DNA from: a phage
DNA length: 64,000 nucleotides
Assembly: GCA_026683435.1 (NCBI GenBank)
Contig: GCA_026683435.1_4866.1
Strand: one strand, 5' to 3'
In this document: in pieces, positions 18,970-28,322 of the stretch
Layout: every line of letters begins with the position of its first letter
Numbering within the stretch: position 1 is the first letter of the stretch
Notes under the pieces: generated by a model
The model's database searches: none
Told to the model about the DNA's origin: nothing
What the model saw: only the letters and a program-made list of their open reading frames with translations
Made by a program: the position numbers and the translations under genes

Positions 18970-19762
18970 TATCGTCCTTGTATAGGGAGTCGTAAGGGCT
19001 GTTAGTGTTCATGTTAAATTCTTGTTCTACTTCAGGATGTTGTGAAAGGGAATCCAGAAAGATCGGTTGATATCCACCCTCTGTACGTTTCTTTATCATT
19101 TCAAGGAACGACTTTCCATCAGGAACATCAGGTGTTGATACTAACACCGTGTCAGAGACTGTCGGTAAACGCGTGCAGCCTTCAGTGTTCAGCTGTAGTA
19201 CCGCGTCTGGTGCGATGTGTCTGATGTTAGGAAACTTCAACGCGATCTCTTCCATCTTCGCTTTCAATGCATCACCGTTTAGCAGCGGTACAGTCGGCGT
19301 CATATAAGCGAACTCAACATCTCGATCGGCCACATAATCGCGTAAGTGTTTTCGGGCTGCTACTGTAGCAGAAACTTGCTCTTTATTAGCGTTTATGCCG
19401 ATGTCATTAAAGCGTTTTAGTTTGTCTAAGAAAACGCTAATGTTTTCCTTCGGCATAGGGCGTGGGAACTTACGCAGAAAATAAAGTTGTTCGCGGCCAG
19501 GCACCCAGCTGAGTACCCAGCACGCTTTTAGTGTACGGAAGATATCACGATAGGGTTTCTTCTCTTGAAAGAAATCCCCTTTTAACTGGCAACGGTCTTC
19601 AACCATTGCCTGGAGTTGGGTGGCTACGTTGGCCATTGCCGACCAGGTGATAAGACGACTACGGTGTTTACCCACGTAGAGACGTCCACCTGTAACACGA
19701 CGGGACTGTGGATGTACTATTTTGACAAACTGTAATCTTTTCTGTTTGCGTGGTTTTAACAT
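18959..19762 (-). CDS. hypothetical protein (267 aa)
   Basis: Track ORF extends to 19831; first ATG at 19762 (MLKPRKQKRLQ...) with AAGGAG SD. Confidence 0.6.
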   Translation of the reverse strand: MLKPRKQKRLQFVKIVHPQSRRVTGGRLYVGKHRSRLITWSAMANVATQLQAMVEDRCQLKGDFFQEKKPYRDIFRTLKACWVLSWVPGREQLYFLRKFPRPMPKENISVFLDKLKRFNDIGINANKEQVSATVAARKHLRDYVADRDVEFAYMTPTVPLLNGDALKAKMEEIALKFPNIRHIAPDAVLQLNTEGCTRLPTVSDTVLVSTPDVPDGKSFLEMIKKRTEGGYQPIFLDSLSQHPEVEQEFNMNTNSPYDSLYKDDNDA

Positions 19763-19839
19763 TTTAATACTCCTTATGGTCGTAACTAATTTGAAACTGT
19801 TGCTTTTAAGGATTAACGAACAGCCTGCCAACCTCTAAT

Positions 19840-20241
19840 TTACTCATCTTTTACCTCGAAACCGTGACTACGGAAATACTCGATGGCCGCAGAACGTTTA
19901 CCTACACAGGAGAGTTTTTCATAGAGCAACTCAAGGAGTGTTTTTGGTTCCCAACGTTGCTCTATGAAATAGATTAGGGCACCCAGGTTCCGTCCTAACA
20001 TCTTGTCACGCAGATCCGCATCTCGTCGGGCATCCCGTAGCTCATCTTCGAGTTTCCGGTTCTTAGACTGTTCCTCAGAAAGTAGTCGTGTAAGCTTACG
20101 GCGTTCTTCGAAAGATTCATCAAGATTTCTTTTCCACGCTTCTTTCGAAATTTCCAACTCAGTCTTTGATAGGCTGAGTTCCAATTCCAGTATTTCTAAT
20201 TGGCGACGCAACTGTTTTTTCTCCTGAAACAGGCCGAACAT
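19840..20241 (-). CDS. coiled-coil protein (133 aa)
   Basis: Track start 20256 is TTG; ATG at 20241 with AAGGAG SD; charged heptad-like sequence (LEILELELSLSKTELEISKEAWKRNLDESFEERRK). Confidence 0.6.
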   Translation of the reverse strand: MFGLFQEKKQLRRQLEILELELSLSKTELEISKEAWKRNLDESFEERRKLTRLLSEEQSKNRKLEDELRDARRDADLRDKMLGRNLGALIYFIEQRWEPKTLLELLYEKLSCVGKRSAAIEYFRSHGFEVKDE

Positions 20242-20306
20242 GTTTTCTCCTTGCAATAGCTCTATCGATTCTGTTACGAATTTCTGCTAACGTTAACGGT
20301 TCCCAC

Positions 20307-20627
20307 TTAAAATCCATTGCGACCTCCATGTGCGATGTATAACGCACATTTCGCATTGAGTGCTTCGATATTAGCGATAAGTATCATCACCCCGCCGAGT
20401 GTTCGTGGTACGCGAACTGCTTCGTACTCGCGACTTTGTGTACGGACACAATATTCATCGCCCAGGAACGCGATTTCGTAATACTCAGCACGTAACGGTA
20501 CAAATGACTGTAGCAACATATCTGCGGTTTGATAGTCGTCAGTCAGTTTCCCGCCCTCGAGTAAATATTTCTGAATCTCGTGAATAGTCAGTCCCCGTAA
20601 TGAAATAGACACCGGCTTCTCCTTCAT
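20307..20627 (-). CDS. hypothetical protein (106 aa)
   Basis: ORF track; start uncertain (overlaps upstream ORF). Confidence 0.5.
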   Translation of the reverse strand: MKEKPVSISLRGLTIHEIQKYLLEGGKLTDDYQTADMLLQSFVPLRAEYYEIAFLGDEYCVRTQSREYEAVRVPRTLGGVMILIANIEALNAKCALYIAHGGRNGF

Positions 20628-20970
20628 GGTCGATTAATAACAGTTCAGGTGGTACGTCGTAGTCGATGGGTGCGGACTCCTCCATCACGCTATACAATCG
20701 CTGATAGAACTCTCTGGAGGTTTCCAGGTGCCCTCTTGACACGTGTCTGACATGCGGTGTATTAGGATGATAAAACTCGCCGTAGGTTATCGCTAACTCG
20801 ACAAACCATAGACATAGTTCTCTTGGCCCGTATCGGTTATAAAACTTTATCACCCCAACATCAAACATCTTGTTGTAATGCGGTAAATCACGATAACGAA
20901 GTTTTAGTGTACCTACACCGATGCGTTGAAGCTCGATAGAGATAGCTACGTCTATGGTTAACATTATCAA
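20539..20970 (-). CDS. hypothetical protein (143 aa)
   Basis: ORF track; colinear with neighbours. Confidence 0.55.
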   Translation of the reverse strand: MIMLTIDVAISIELQRIGVGTLKLRYRDLPHYNKMFDVGVIKFYNRYGPRELCLWFVELAITYGEFYHPNTPHVRHVSRGHLETSREFYQRLYSVMEESAPIDYDVPPELLLIDHEGEAGVYFITGTDYSRDSEIFTRGRETD

Positions 20971-20987
20971 TTACCCTTATCTACCGA

Positions 20988-21371
20988 TCAGTTAAATCCG
21001 GTATATTCGTTGATGCTACCGTCCTTGATATACACGCCTGGCGTCAGTGCAACTTTACGTGGATCGTTATCAGCACGCTCGCCGTTACACTGAACGTTCC
21101 ACTCGTTGACTAAGCGCTCCATTTCGCGCGATGCATATAGGCGCACGTCTGTAACCAGCTCGCTGGCCTCACCCAGATGCGTTGCGTGAAGCACGCTATT
21201 CTCCAGGCCGTAGAGTTTAGCGAGCAGGATTTTGTTAAGTTCTAACGCTGCTTTTGCAACGAGCGCGTACCCTTGACGTTGTCCATCTATGTCTGCGTTC
21301 AGTAACGTCAGCTGATGATTTTTCATGTGCTCGATAGCCAGTGCTAAATCGGTGTTCGGTGGTGTTTCCAT
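20988..21371 (-). CDS. hypothetical protein (127 aa)
   Basis: ORF track; colinear with neighbours. Confidence 0.6.
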   Translation of the reverse strand: METPPNTDLALAIEHMKNHQLTLLNADIDGQRQGYALVAKAALELNKILLAKLYGLENSVLHATHLGEASELVTDVRLYASREMERLVNEWNVQCNGERADNDPRKVALTPGVYIKDGSINEYTGFN

Positions 21372-21691
21372 TAGTTTTTATCCTCACGTTTACTAAATTC
21401 TTCTAACATCTCGTCGTACGCACTCCTGGTATCTTTTAATCCCTGAACGGCCGCGTCATAGGCACGCCGCGCAGGGGACGTAAGATGGTAGTGCCCAATA
21501 CGTTCGATAATGTCGTGACAGCGACTTATGTGCGTGCAGAGCCTACTCGCATTAACGCCCAGTTCCGCGAGGTCGTGTCTTAACTGCAAGTTATCGGCCT
21601 GTACACGACGGTTAGCGGCAGCTAATTCTCGGTTTTCTTCGTACAGTTGTTTTTGTCGCTTGTTAATCAGCGCCAGTAACCAGTTCAACAT
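21371..21691 (-). CDS. hypothetical protein (106 aa), helical/coiled-coil
   Basis: ORF track; start/stop overlap with neighbours. Confidence 0.6.
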   Translation of the reverse strand: MLNWLLALINKRQKQLYEENRELAAANRRVQADNLQLRHDLAELGVNASRLCTHISRCHDIIERIGHYHLTSPARRAYDAAVQGLKDTRSAYDEMLEEFSKREDKN

Positions 21692-21701
21692 CCTGTCCCC
21701 C

Positions 21702-22220
21702 TTAACGCTTCAGATAGATAACGTTATGGTTTTCGTACTTCGCGTCTACCCAGGAAAATTCCCAGTAATGTCTCGGACGATCGGCGATTTTCATGTCCAG
21801 TTCCAGTATACCGTCTAAAGGTACCTGTCTGAGCACCTCTACGATGCTCTGCAGCTCGTTACGAGGCCGGTCGTGGATTAGCTCCAGATAACGCTCCAAA
21901 CGCGCAGGCGTCGCTACAGTGCGAATATGAGTACGTTTATCATCGTCGTGCAGGTAAAGGAAGTTTGGTGTGCGTGGAACGTACCAGTGCCAGGTACCGA
22001 TATACGGACCGGGCTGATAATCAGACAGTTGTTTGATTGCATTTAATACCGACGAACAACGGAAATACCAGATGTCCCATTCATCACGAGGGAACAGTTC
22101 CGCGACTTTCACTTTCAATGGGTCGATACTAATATCCCCCGCAGCCAATACTTCCGGGGCAACGCCCGATTCTAAAACGTTACGTTCCCGTTTGGTATAC
22201 AGGTTCATGATAATATTCAC
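21702..22220 (-). CDS. hypothetical protein (172 aa)
   Basis: ORF track. Confidence 0.6.
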   Translation of the reverse strand: MNIIMNLYTKRERNVLESGVAPEVLAAGDISIDPLKVKVAELFPRDEWDIWYFRCSSVLNAIKQLSDYQPGPYIGTWHWYVPRTPNFLYLHDDDKRTHIRTVATPARLERYLELIHDRPRNELQSIVEVLRQVPLDGILELDMKIADRPRHYWEFSWVDAKYENHNVIYLKR

Positions 22221-22247
22221 TTAATGCTCCTTAGGATTTAAAATAGC

Positions 22248-22583
22248 TTACTGTTTAGCCCAGTATTCGGCTAACGTTTGGTCACCTTTACCGATGCGAG
22301 CATGAATGCCCATTTTACGCAGCCGGTACAGTTCAAGGGACATGGTGTTTAGTTTGATAAGATTTACGTCCGTTGGGCTCTTAAGGCAATCGTCTAATAC
22401 ATTAACGAATTTATCCAGCGCCTCTTGCGGAACTTTGCCTTCTGGGTAGTCGTACAGTGTTATCACTTTAAAGGTGTAACCGTCGATATTCGACAACTGT
22501 TTTACAGCTTCACCGATATCACGATTTATCATTGGTGTCCTATTGAGACGCATTGGTCTGGCAACACGGATTACTCTACCCAT
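22248..22583 (-). CDS. hypothetical protein (111 aa)
   Basis: ORF track. Confidence 0.6.
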   Translation of the reverse strand: MGRVIRVARPMRLNRTPMINRDIGEAVKQLSNIDGYTFKVITLYDYPEGKVPQEALDKFVNVLDDCLKSPTDVNLIKLNTMSLELYRLRKMGIHARIGKGDQTLAEYWAKQ

Positions 22584-22908
22584 TGACCACCCCCAAATCG
22601 CTTACAGTGGATGCTGCGGGGACATCCAGGTTATTCATCCATAACGACAGCTTGTTCATCTTCGCCGCGGTTTCAGGACTAGGGTTATTGCGCAAGTCAC
22701 TTAAAGCCATCGCAAACTGGGTTGCCAGGATTTGACTGCCGTAGAAAGCACTGCGGCTTACTGGTAACGCTTCGAAGCGTGCATCGAAATTGTTTGCTTG
22801 GTTAAGTTCTTTAACAGTGCTCAGAATGGCTTCCTGCATTCGAAGTTCACCGTCGCCTTCAAGGTCAGTTGCCTGACGCAATACCGCAATGTGATAGACT
22901 TTAGACAT
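22576..22908 (-). CDS. hypothetical protein (110 aa)
   Basis: ATG at 22908 with AAGGAG SD; downstream of promoter-like element copy 2. Confidence 0.65.
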   Translation of the reverse strand: MSKVYHIAVLRQATDLEGDGELRMQEAILSTVKELNQANNFDARFEALPVSRSAFYGSQILATQFAMALSDLRNNPSPETAAKMNKLSLWMNNLDVPAASTVSDLGVVNG

Positions 22909-22967
22909 TTTAAGTGCTCCTTAATACATGACATAAGCTCTGATTGAAACGTAAATTTCAGAGGTTC

Positions 22968-22992
22968 ACTGAGATAATATCTATCTGAAATA
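22968..22992 (-). promoter_or_regulatory. promoter/operator-like element, copy 2
   Basis: Plus cactgagataatatctatctgaaat; leader stem ctctga...tcagag follows. Confidence 0.5.
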
Positions 22993-23031
22993 AAATAAAG
23001 GTTAGGTGGTACCTCGTAGAGGTACCACCTA
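22991..23031 (-). terminator. hairpin terminator after gene 23037..25196
   Basis: aggtggtacctc-gta-gaggtaccacct (12-bp stem) followed on minus strand by a T-rich run. Confidence 0.7.
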
Positions 23032-23036
23032 GACAC

Positions 23037-25196
23037 TTACTGATATATTTTGATTTGTGGGTAACTATAGCTATAGCTATCGCTATCAACATCCTGACCG
23101 ACAAACAAAATGCCTGTGTTAGAAAACGCCGCGCTGCAATACAATGTTAGCCCGGCGGGGTTAGAAATCGTATTACCGTAGTAGGCGCTGTAGCGCATGT
23201 ACTTACCGTCATTCTTCACAAACAGGCTGCCTAACGATCCAACCATTCCGAAGATCAAACAAGCACCATCGGGAGAAACACAGACATTGCCGTTCGGATA
23301 TCGAGTGGATGTTACACTATAATCAATTTCCGTGTAATCCAACTCACGTGTCGCCACCCAACCATCGGCGCGTTTTTCGAAGATGTTGTATTTGTGGGTT
23401 TCAAGGACGGATACCAGTATGACTGAAAAGTTCGAAGATGCTGCCACCTTCAACGTCGAGGCTTCTGCTAACCCTGGGATGTCTAGCTTAGCGGTTTCAA
23501 CATAGAGTCCTTCTGAACCTTTAGTTACGATATGAACAGATTTTCCATTGTGCTCTGAAAAAGCAACGCTGGTGCCATCGGCGGTCATCGCAATACTGTC
23601 GTACGAACCACACAGAGCACCAGAATCGTCGAAGTCAAACGTGAGCGTTTCGTAATTTGAAAACCCATCACTTTTTTGGTAAACAGCTATTTCGCGCGTA
23701 CCATTCCCAACGAACAGTGTCTCTCCGTCCGGGGTGAGTTTGACCAACTTACCGTTTACACCGGTGGCCGGGAGATTGGTAATTGCTGTTGGCGTCACTT
23801 TGCCCCACGGCATGTCGGCACTGTTGTCGTAAACCAGCACTGCGCCCTTCGTTGTTTCCCCAGTTATCGCGGAAGGAATCCCGACGACGAACAAATCGCC
23901 TGACTTGTTTATCGATACCGGACAACGCCCATCGGTTTCCGCATTTTCACCAGTATCAAAAGTTAGATCCATCAGAATGCTGGCATCGTGTCTATAGCCT
24001 GGGAAATCTTTTCTATATATAGAAATTGTAGTTGAACGCTTTGCAAGTGGAGTGGTAATCAGTACATTTGCATCGCTACTACAATCCAATTCTGCACCCA
24101 ACGAATAATTATTTTCCGAAGACACGTTCAACGACTGGAATTCATTCGATGGGTATACGTTTCGGCTTATCTTTATCCGATAAGGATCGGACCACTGTCC
24201 GACGGTGTCCTCACCACGATATCTGACGCGTAGCCAATAACTACTACCGTATTGAAGCACGTTATCCGGCAGAGTTATCGTTGTAAGGTTTCGCATATCG
24301 AACAATGAAGAGAATGGTAGGTTGCTACTAGGACTAAAATCTAACGTATCGCCATAGTTATAATAGAGTTTCCAATCTGTAGCAATATGCGTTTCCGTGC
24401 CTGAAGTTTCAAACGTCGATGTTTCTATCGTTAAACCTGACGGTCCGTTCACATCGGTTGGGGTTGGCGACACTATCGTCGGTTTTTGGATTGTGGTCTC
24501 TATTACCGAAAACATGGTTACTGACCAGTCACTATTAACCGTATCTGAGTGAAATTTAGCACGGGCGTAATACGTCTTGTTTCCTACCAGTGTGCCGGGT
24601 GGTAAAGTTAGAAATTTTTTAGCATCCTGAGATTCGAGCAATTGGTAAACCGTAGTGGAAAAATCTTCATTTTCAGACACTTCCCAACTCGTCGCTCTAT
24701 GAGGTGTTGTTTGAAACGGCCTTGCAGTGAAGCCATTGAGGATAAAATCCAGATCACTAGCTGAACTAGAACCGTAGTACGGGGAAATCCATGTAGGCGC
24801 GTCCACTACATTAGAGACCACCTCAATTTCATAGGTTTTGGTGATGCCGTTAGCAGAAACGGTCAGCGTAATAATTTGTCCTAACTGCCGAGGATCTTCG
24901 ATAAACAACGTATAGTTTAAACCTCCATAATGCCTGATTATTGCTTCAGGGCACGTTACCTGATAAACCGACGGTTCTTCATTACCGGCAATGTAAAAAA
25001 ACGTTTCCCTGCCTAGAATGCATTTTTTTTCATCTCCGTCGGAAAAGATTACAGTGAATGATGACTCTGCAGAAGCATCTGACAACGGTATCTTGTATTC
25101 GATTCCATCCTTACTAAATAAAACAACCCCACCCGTTTTATCCCCAGTAAATTCAGGCAGTTCGTGTAAACGTTTCTTTTTGACTACAGTTGCCAT
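23037..25196 (-). CDS. large structural-type protein (719 aa) with beta-sandwich-like and beta-propeller-like repeats; putative fibre/adhesin
   Basis: Repeated segments ending ...W(S/E)...Y (HRATSWEVSENEDFSTTVY, SSYWLRVRYRG...WSDPYRI); C-terminal repeats TADGTSVAF / SPDGACLIF; start overlaps the upstream N-module gene. Confidence 0.55.
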   Translation of the reverse strand: MATVVKKKRLHELPEFTGDKTGGVVLFSKDGIEYKIPLSDASAESSFTVIFSDGDEKKCILGRETFFYIAGNEEPSVYQVTCPEAIIRHYGGLNYTLFIEDPRQLGQIITLTVSANGITKTYEIEVVSNVVDAPTWISPYYGSSSASDLDFILNGFTARPFQTTPHRATSWEVSENEDFSTTVYQLLESQDAKKFLTLPPGTLVGNKTYYARAKFHSDTVNSDWSVTMFSVIETTIQKPTIVSPTPTDVNGPSGLTIETSTFETSGTETHIATDWKLYYNYGDTLDFSPSSNLPFSSLFDMRNLTTITLPDNVLQYGSSYWLRVRYRGEDTVGQWSDPYRIKISRNVYPSNEFQSLNVSSENNYSLGAELDCSSDANVLITTPLAKRSTTISIYRKDFPGYRHDASILMDLTFDTGENAETDGRCPVSINKSGDLFVVGIPSAITGETTKGAVLVYDNSADMPWGKVTPTAITNLPATGVNGKLVKLTPDGETLFVGNGTREIAVYQKSDGFSNYETLTFDFDDSGALCGSYDSIAMTADGTSVAFSEHNGKSVHIVTKGSEGLYVETAKLDIPGLAEASTLKVAASSNFSVILVSVLETHKYNIFEKRADGWVATRELDYTEIDYSVTSTRYPNGNVCVSPDGACLIFGMVGSLGSLFVKNDGKYMRYSAYYGNTISNPAGLTLYCSAAFSNTGILFVGQDVDSDSYSYSYPQIKIYQ

Positions 25197-25747
25197 TATA
25201 CATCGTCTCCGTAGGTTAACACTGCATCATCACCGATGCATAAAACAGTTTCTTCATCCAGACTTGCCACAGCTTCTTTTTCATTAAACGCCGTGAATGT
25301 AAAGGTAGCCGTCCAAGCCGGTGAATCGTCACTCATCGCTGCAATCAATGGCTCGTTTGTTGGTGTAATAACCCCTGTCGAGATGTCTTCACGTGACAAG
25401 TTTAAACCGCATAACTGGTTTACAACTGTCGCTAAATCAGCATAGGTGTCGCCGGGAGCTACAGTAACCAGTATCGGTCCTTGCGGGTCGATAATCTTAT
25501 TAGCGACTAGACGGTCGTAATAGACGGTAACCTTCTTGCCGTTAGGTTTACGTGCTTTCGCAATGTACGCTTGCGAGGTACGGGCACTTTCAACACCTAA
25601 GTCGATTGGCCCTACTCCGCTTATCACAATCTCGTCAGGCGATAATGACAAGCCGTTATCGTGATTAATCAACGCCACGACAAGCGCTTTCGACGAGAGT
25701 GTTAGGTCTGGCTGATAGCGGTCTGCCATTAACGCCTCCAGAAACAA
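25196..25747 (-). CDS. stand-alone N-module protein (183 aa)
   Basis: ...KVTVYYDRLVANKII...QLCGLNLSREDIS matches both N-module blocks; followed directly (overlapping start/stop) by the 719-aa gene. Confidence 0.6.
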   Translation of the reverse strand: MFLEALMADRYQPDLTLSSKALVVALINHDNGLSLSPDEIVISGVGPIDLGVESARTSQAYIAKARKPNGKKVTVYYDRLVANKIIDPQGPILVTVAPGDTYADLATVVNQLCGLNLSREDISTGVITPTNEPLIAAMSDDSPAWTATFTFTAFNEKEAVASLDEETVLCIGDDAVLTYGDDV

Positions 25748-25784
25748 AAAAATAAGCTACCACACATATGATCGTGTGGTAGCC
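25744..25784 (-). terminator. hairpin terminator after gene 25798..26193
   Basis: gctaccacac...gtgtggtagc with T-run on minus strand. Confidence 0.6.
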
Positions 25785-25797
25785 TACTCGTACGCTG

Positions 25798-26193
25798 TTA
25801 GTGCAGTGTAGCACTGTGCACAACAGTTAACCCGCGACGTTTGATCTCATCCGCGATGGATTGCAATAGCTTATCGTAACCCACCTTTACAAATTCAGGT
25901 AAGCCACGGTCAACCATCTCCATCTCGGTGATTTCTTCACGGAAAACTTGACAACAGCCTTCTAAATAACGTTTAGCTTCTGTCACGTCATCGACATACC
26001 GCGCATAACTCAGGGCGATCGCGTAACCTTCTGCAATAAACGCATACTTCATGAAGACTTCAGGGTCGAGTTCTTCAACTGCCACGTCTAGACGTGAAGC
26101 GGTCTGACGTACAGAGTTGCGTAATGATTCAGAAAACAGTGTAGTCGTAACCATATCCTGATTAGGAACGGTTTTAGGCATAATCAATTTCAC
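25798..26193 (-). CDS. hypothetical protein (131 aa)
   Basis: ORF track; last gene of the 27537..28022 operon. Confidence 0.6.
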   Translation of the reverse strand: MKLIMPKTVPNQDMVTTTLFSESLRNSVRQTASRLDVAVEELDPEVFMKYAFIAEGYAIALSYARYVDDVTEAKRYLEGCCQVFREEITEMEMVDRGLPEFVKVGYDKLLQSIADEIKRRGLTVVHSATLH

Positions 26194-26204
26194 GAGGACT
26201 CTCC

Positions 26205-26588
26205 TTACGATAACTCGCCCATGTAAATTACTTCATAACCGAACCACTCACCGATTTCAATAAGGTAAGAAACTAGCAAGTGGCGATGACAGAATTTCCC
26301 CGGTGGGCAATAGCACATTAGTACGACCTCGCCCTGGCGGAGAATCTCTATCAACTTATCAGTGTCTTCATCAAACAACCGACTAAGTTTCTGCAGGTAG
26401 CGTTTGGTATACGCAGCTTCTGCGTCGGGGCCTTTGTCAGACTTCTTGTAGTCCATCAGAAAGTCCCAGTCGGGTGCCAAATATTTCAGCCCCGACTTAA
26501 CCGTTATATCCAGCTTTGGCAAATTCCGTTTTTCAGCTATCCGCCACTTCGCCAGTTGGAGCGTCCACAGCTTTACTTGCTTTGGCAT
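26205..26588 (-). CDS. DUF488-family protein
   Basis: C-terminal LMCYCPPGKFCHRHLL and central KYLAPDWDFL...YTKRYLQKL fit the DUF488 pattern. Confidence 0.5.
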   Translation of the reverse strand: MPKQVKLWTLQLAKWRIAEKRNLPKLDITVKSGLKYLAPDWDFLMDYKKSDKGPDAEAAYTKRYLQKLSRLFDEDTDKLIEILRQGEVVLMCYCPPGKFCHRHLLVSYLIEIGEWFGYEVIYMGELS

Positions 26589-27540
26589 TTTTCGCTATCT
26601 CTTTTTCTTTCTCCTGAAGCGCTTTAAAATGTGGCGCATACGCGCACCACTCTTCCGCGGTAAACGATGTGATACATAACCGGTTAGTATCTTCACTTAC
26701 CGTAAAGGTCGTGTGGTTTCTTTCCGGGTCCTTAAAGTTAGCAAAAGCCGGTACGCCCAAACCCATAGCAGAAATAGCACTACCGAGAGCAGAACACCAT
26801 ACCCGTCTGTAAGCATCGTTGATTTTAATCTCCCATCCCACAGACGGTGTAATACCAAGACTACGATAATTCTGCGACTTTGCCGACGGATGGGCATAAA
26901 CGATGAGCACGTTATTCTCACGGTCTATCGCGAATTCGTAGTTGTTGTTGTTACTGACCTGTACCAACCTACGAATATCTTCCGGCAACTCCTGCCACAT
27001 TTCCAGTTTCTCTTTATCCCACGCAGGTGTTAGAAGCGGTGGAACGCGACCGGCATGATCTTGGAAATACATCAATTCGCTATAGAGGTTCTTTAAGCGA
27101 GCGTACTCGTCTAATGTCCAATCTCCCAGCTCTAGACTATTCTCCAACGCATCTAGCTTATTCCAACCAACAACTGCATAGGCGTGGTGCTGTTTGCGCG
27201 TAATACCACACATCAGTTTAGCGAGACCGTTAACAACATTGCCCTGCTGAACCAGAGGCGACCAGCCGTTAGCATATCCAGCGGTAACGACAGGCTGGAA
27301 GTTCTCTTCCCCGAGCACCGCCCATGTAACATGTTCGGTTTGTGCATGGTGTCTATCCATCAACCGTTCAACAATGGCCACGCTACAAAGAATTTCCATG
27401 AAGTTCGCGTTACCTCCATTCCACATGGAGAAATATGCAGGACGGACATGTCGCGCTTCATTGGCCGGTGCTTTGCACAACAGCTGATACATTATCCAGG
27501 TGGAATCCAACCCTGCTGAAAACGAAACAAGCTTTGTCAT
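26533..27540 (-). CDS. PP-loop superfamily ATP pyrophosphatase-like protein
   Basis: Track start 27609 is TTG; ATG at 27540 forms an ATGA overlap with the upstream stop. N-terminus MTKLVSFSAGLDSTW resembles the SGGxDS PP-loop. Confidence 0.4.
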   Translation of the reverse strand: MTKLVSFSAGLDSTWIMYQLLCKAPANEARHVRPAYFSMWNGGNANFMEILCSVAIVERLMDRHHAQTEHVTWAVLGEENFQPVVTAGYANGWSPLVQQGNVVNGLAKLMCGITRKQHHAYAVVGWNKLDALENSLELGDWTLDEYARLKNLYSELMYFQDHAGRVPPLLTPAWDKEKLEMWQELPEDIRRLVQVSNNNNYEFAIDRENNVLIVYAHPSAKSQNYRSLGITPSVGWEIKINDAYRRVWCSALGSAISAMGLGVPAFANFKDPERNHTTFTVSEDTNRLCITSFTAEEWCAYAPHFKALQEKEKEIAKNAKASKAVDAPTGEVADS

Positions 27541-28022
27541 TGTTTCACCGTATGTAGAAATTGATAACGTGGGGTTTCTTCTGCCACAACATCGAAAGAT
27601 GGGATGCAAACAATCTTCCCATATCCATCGAGTTCTATACGTGGAGAAATCGTGATGGTGCCTGCACGCATCACTTCAATCGCTAACGCTTTGAGTGGGC
27701 CGTGTGGTGTGAATTCACCGCGGAGTTGAAAGTAACCATCGACAACGCCATAGCAGACGTTCGATACATAACCGCAAACGCGTACGAGTTCAATACAACG
27801 TATCCGATCAATGGCGGCCTTTACTTCCCCGAACGATTGACACGGTTTAATCACAGGCGCGTCGAATTCACAGAAAACGTGTCCGCGACGTAATGCTAAC
27901 GATATCGTTTCGTCGGGACGGGCCGAGTCTTTAAATTCGTCGCACGGTATAGACAGTATCAGTCCACTCGCGGATGCCACGGTTTGTGCGGGTATTTCCT
28001 TAACCTCGGTTTGTAGTTTCAT
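27537..28022 (-). CDS. Cys-rich hypothetical protein (161 aa)
   Basis: ORF track; translationally coupled to the PP-loop gene. Confidence 0.55.
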   Translation of the reverse strand: MKLQTEVKEIPAQTVASASGLILSIPCDEFKDSARPDETISLALRRGHVFCEFDAPVIKPCQSFGEVKAAIDRIRCIELVRVCGYVSNVCYGVVDGYFQLRGEFTPHGPLKALAIEVMRAGTITISPRIELDGYGKIVCIPSFDVVAEETPRYQFLHTVKQ

Positions 28023-28112
28023 TTATTCACTCGATAATTAATGGGGTTAAAATCAAATCCATGTAACCTAGGGTTAATAGCGCCACTATCTCAATCGGCG
28101 TGAGGTTTTCCA

Positions 28113-28322
28113 TTATTTTTCCTCTTTCAATATCTCAGCAACCGCTTTGCGACACGCGTTCACAGCGTCAGGATAAGTGCTATTGTTCGGGTCTACTCGA
28201 TCAATACACATTCTGAACGTGCTGGTTGCGGTCTCTCGACGTTCTGCAGTGCGGGTACTGGTACTGACGGCGATATAAATACAGAACAACACAGCAGCTG
28301 CGATCGGCCAACGTAGATTCAT
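28113..28322 (-). CDS. small membrane protein (69 aa, one N-terminal TM helix)
   Basis: WPIAAAVLFCIYIAVS hydrophobic segment followed by a charged tail. Confidence 0.45.
   Translation of the reverse strand: MNLRWPIAAAVLFCIYIAVSTSTRTAERRETATSTFRMCIDRVDPNNSTYPDAVNACRKAVAEILKEEK

Noticed and set aside
20159-20356. 65-aa ORF overlapping the ends of two genes
   Set aside because: Disappears once the start of gene 19840..20241 is placed at the first ATG with an SD; no independent translation signal.
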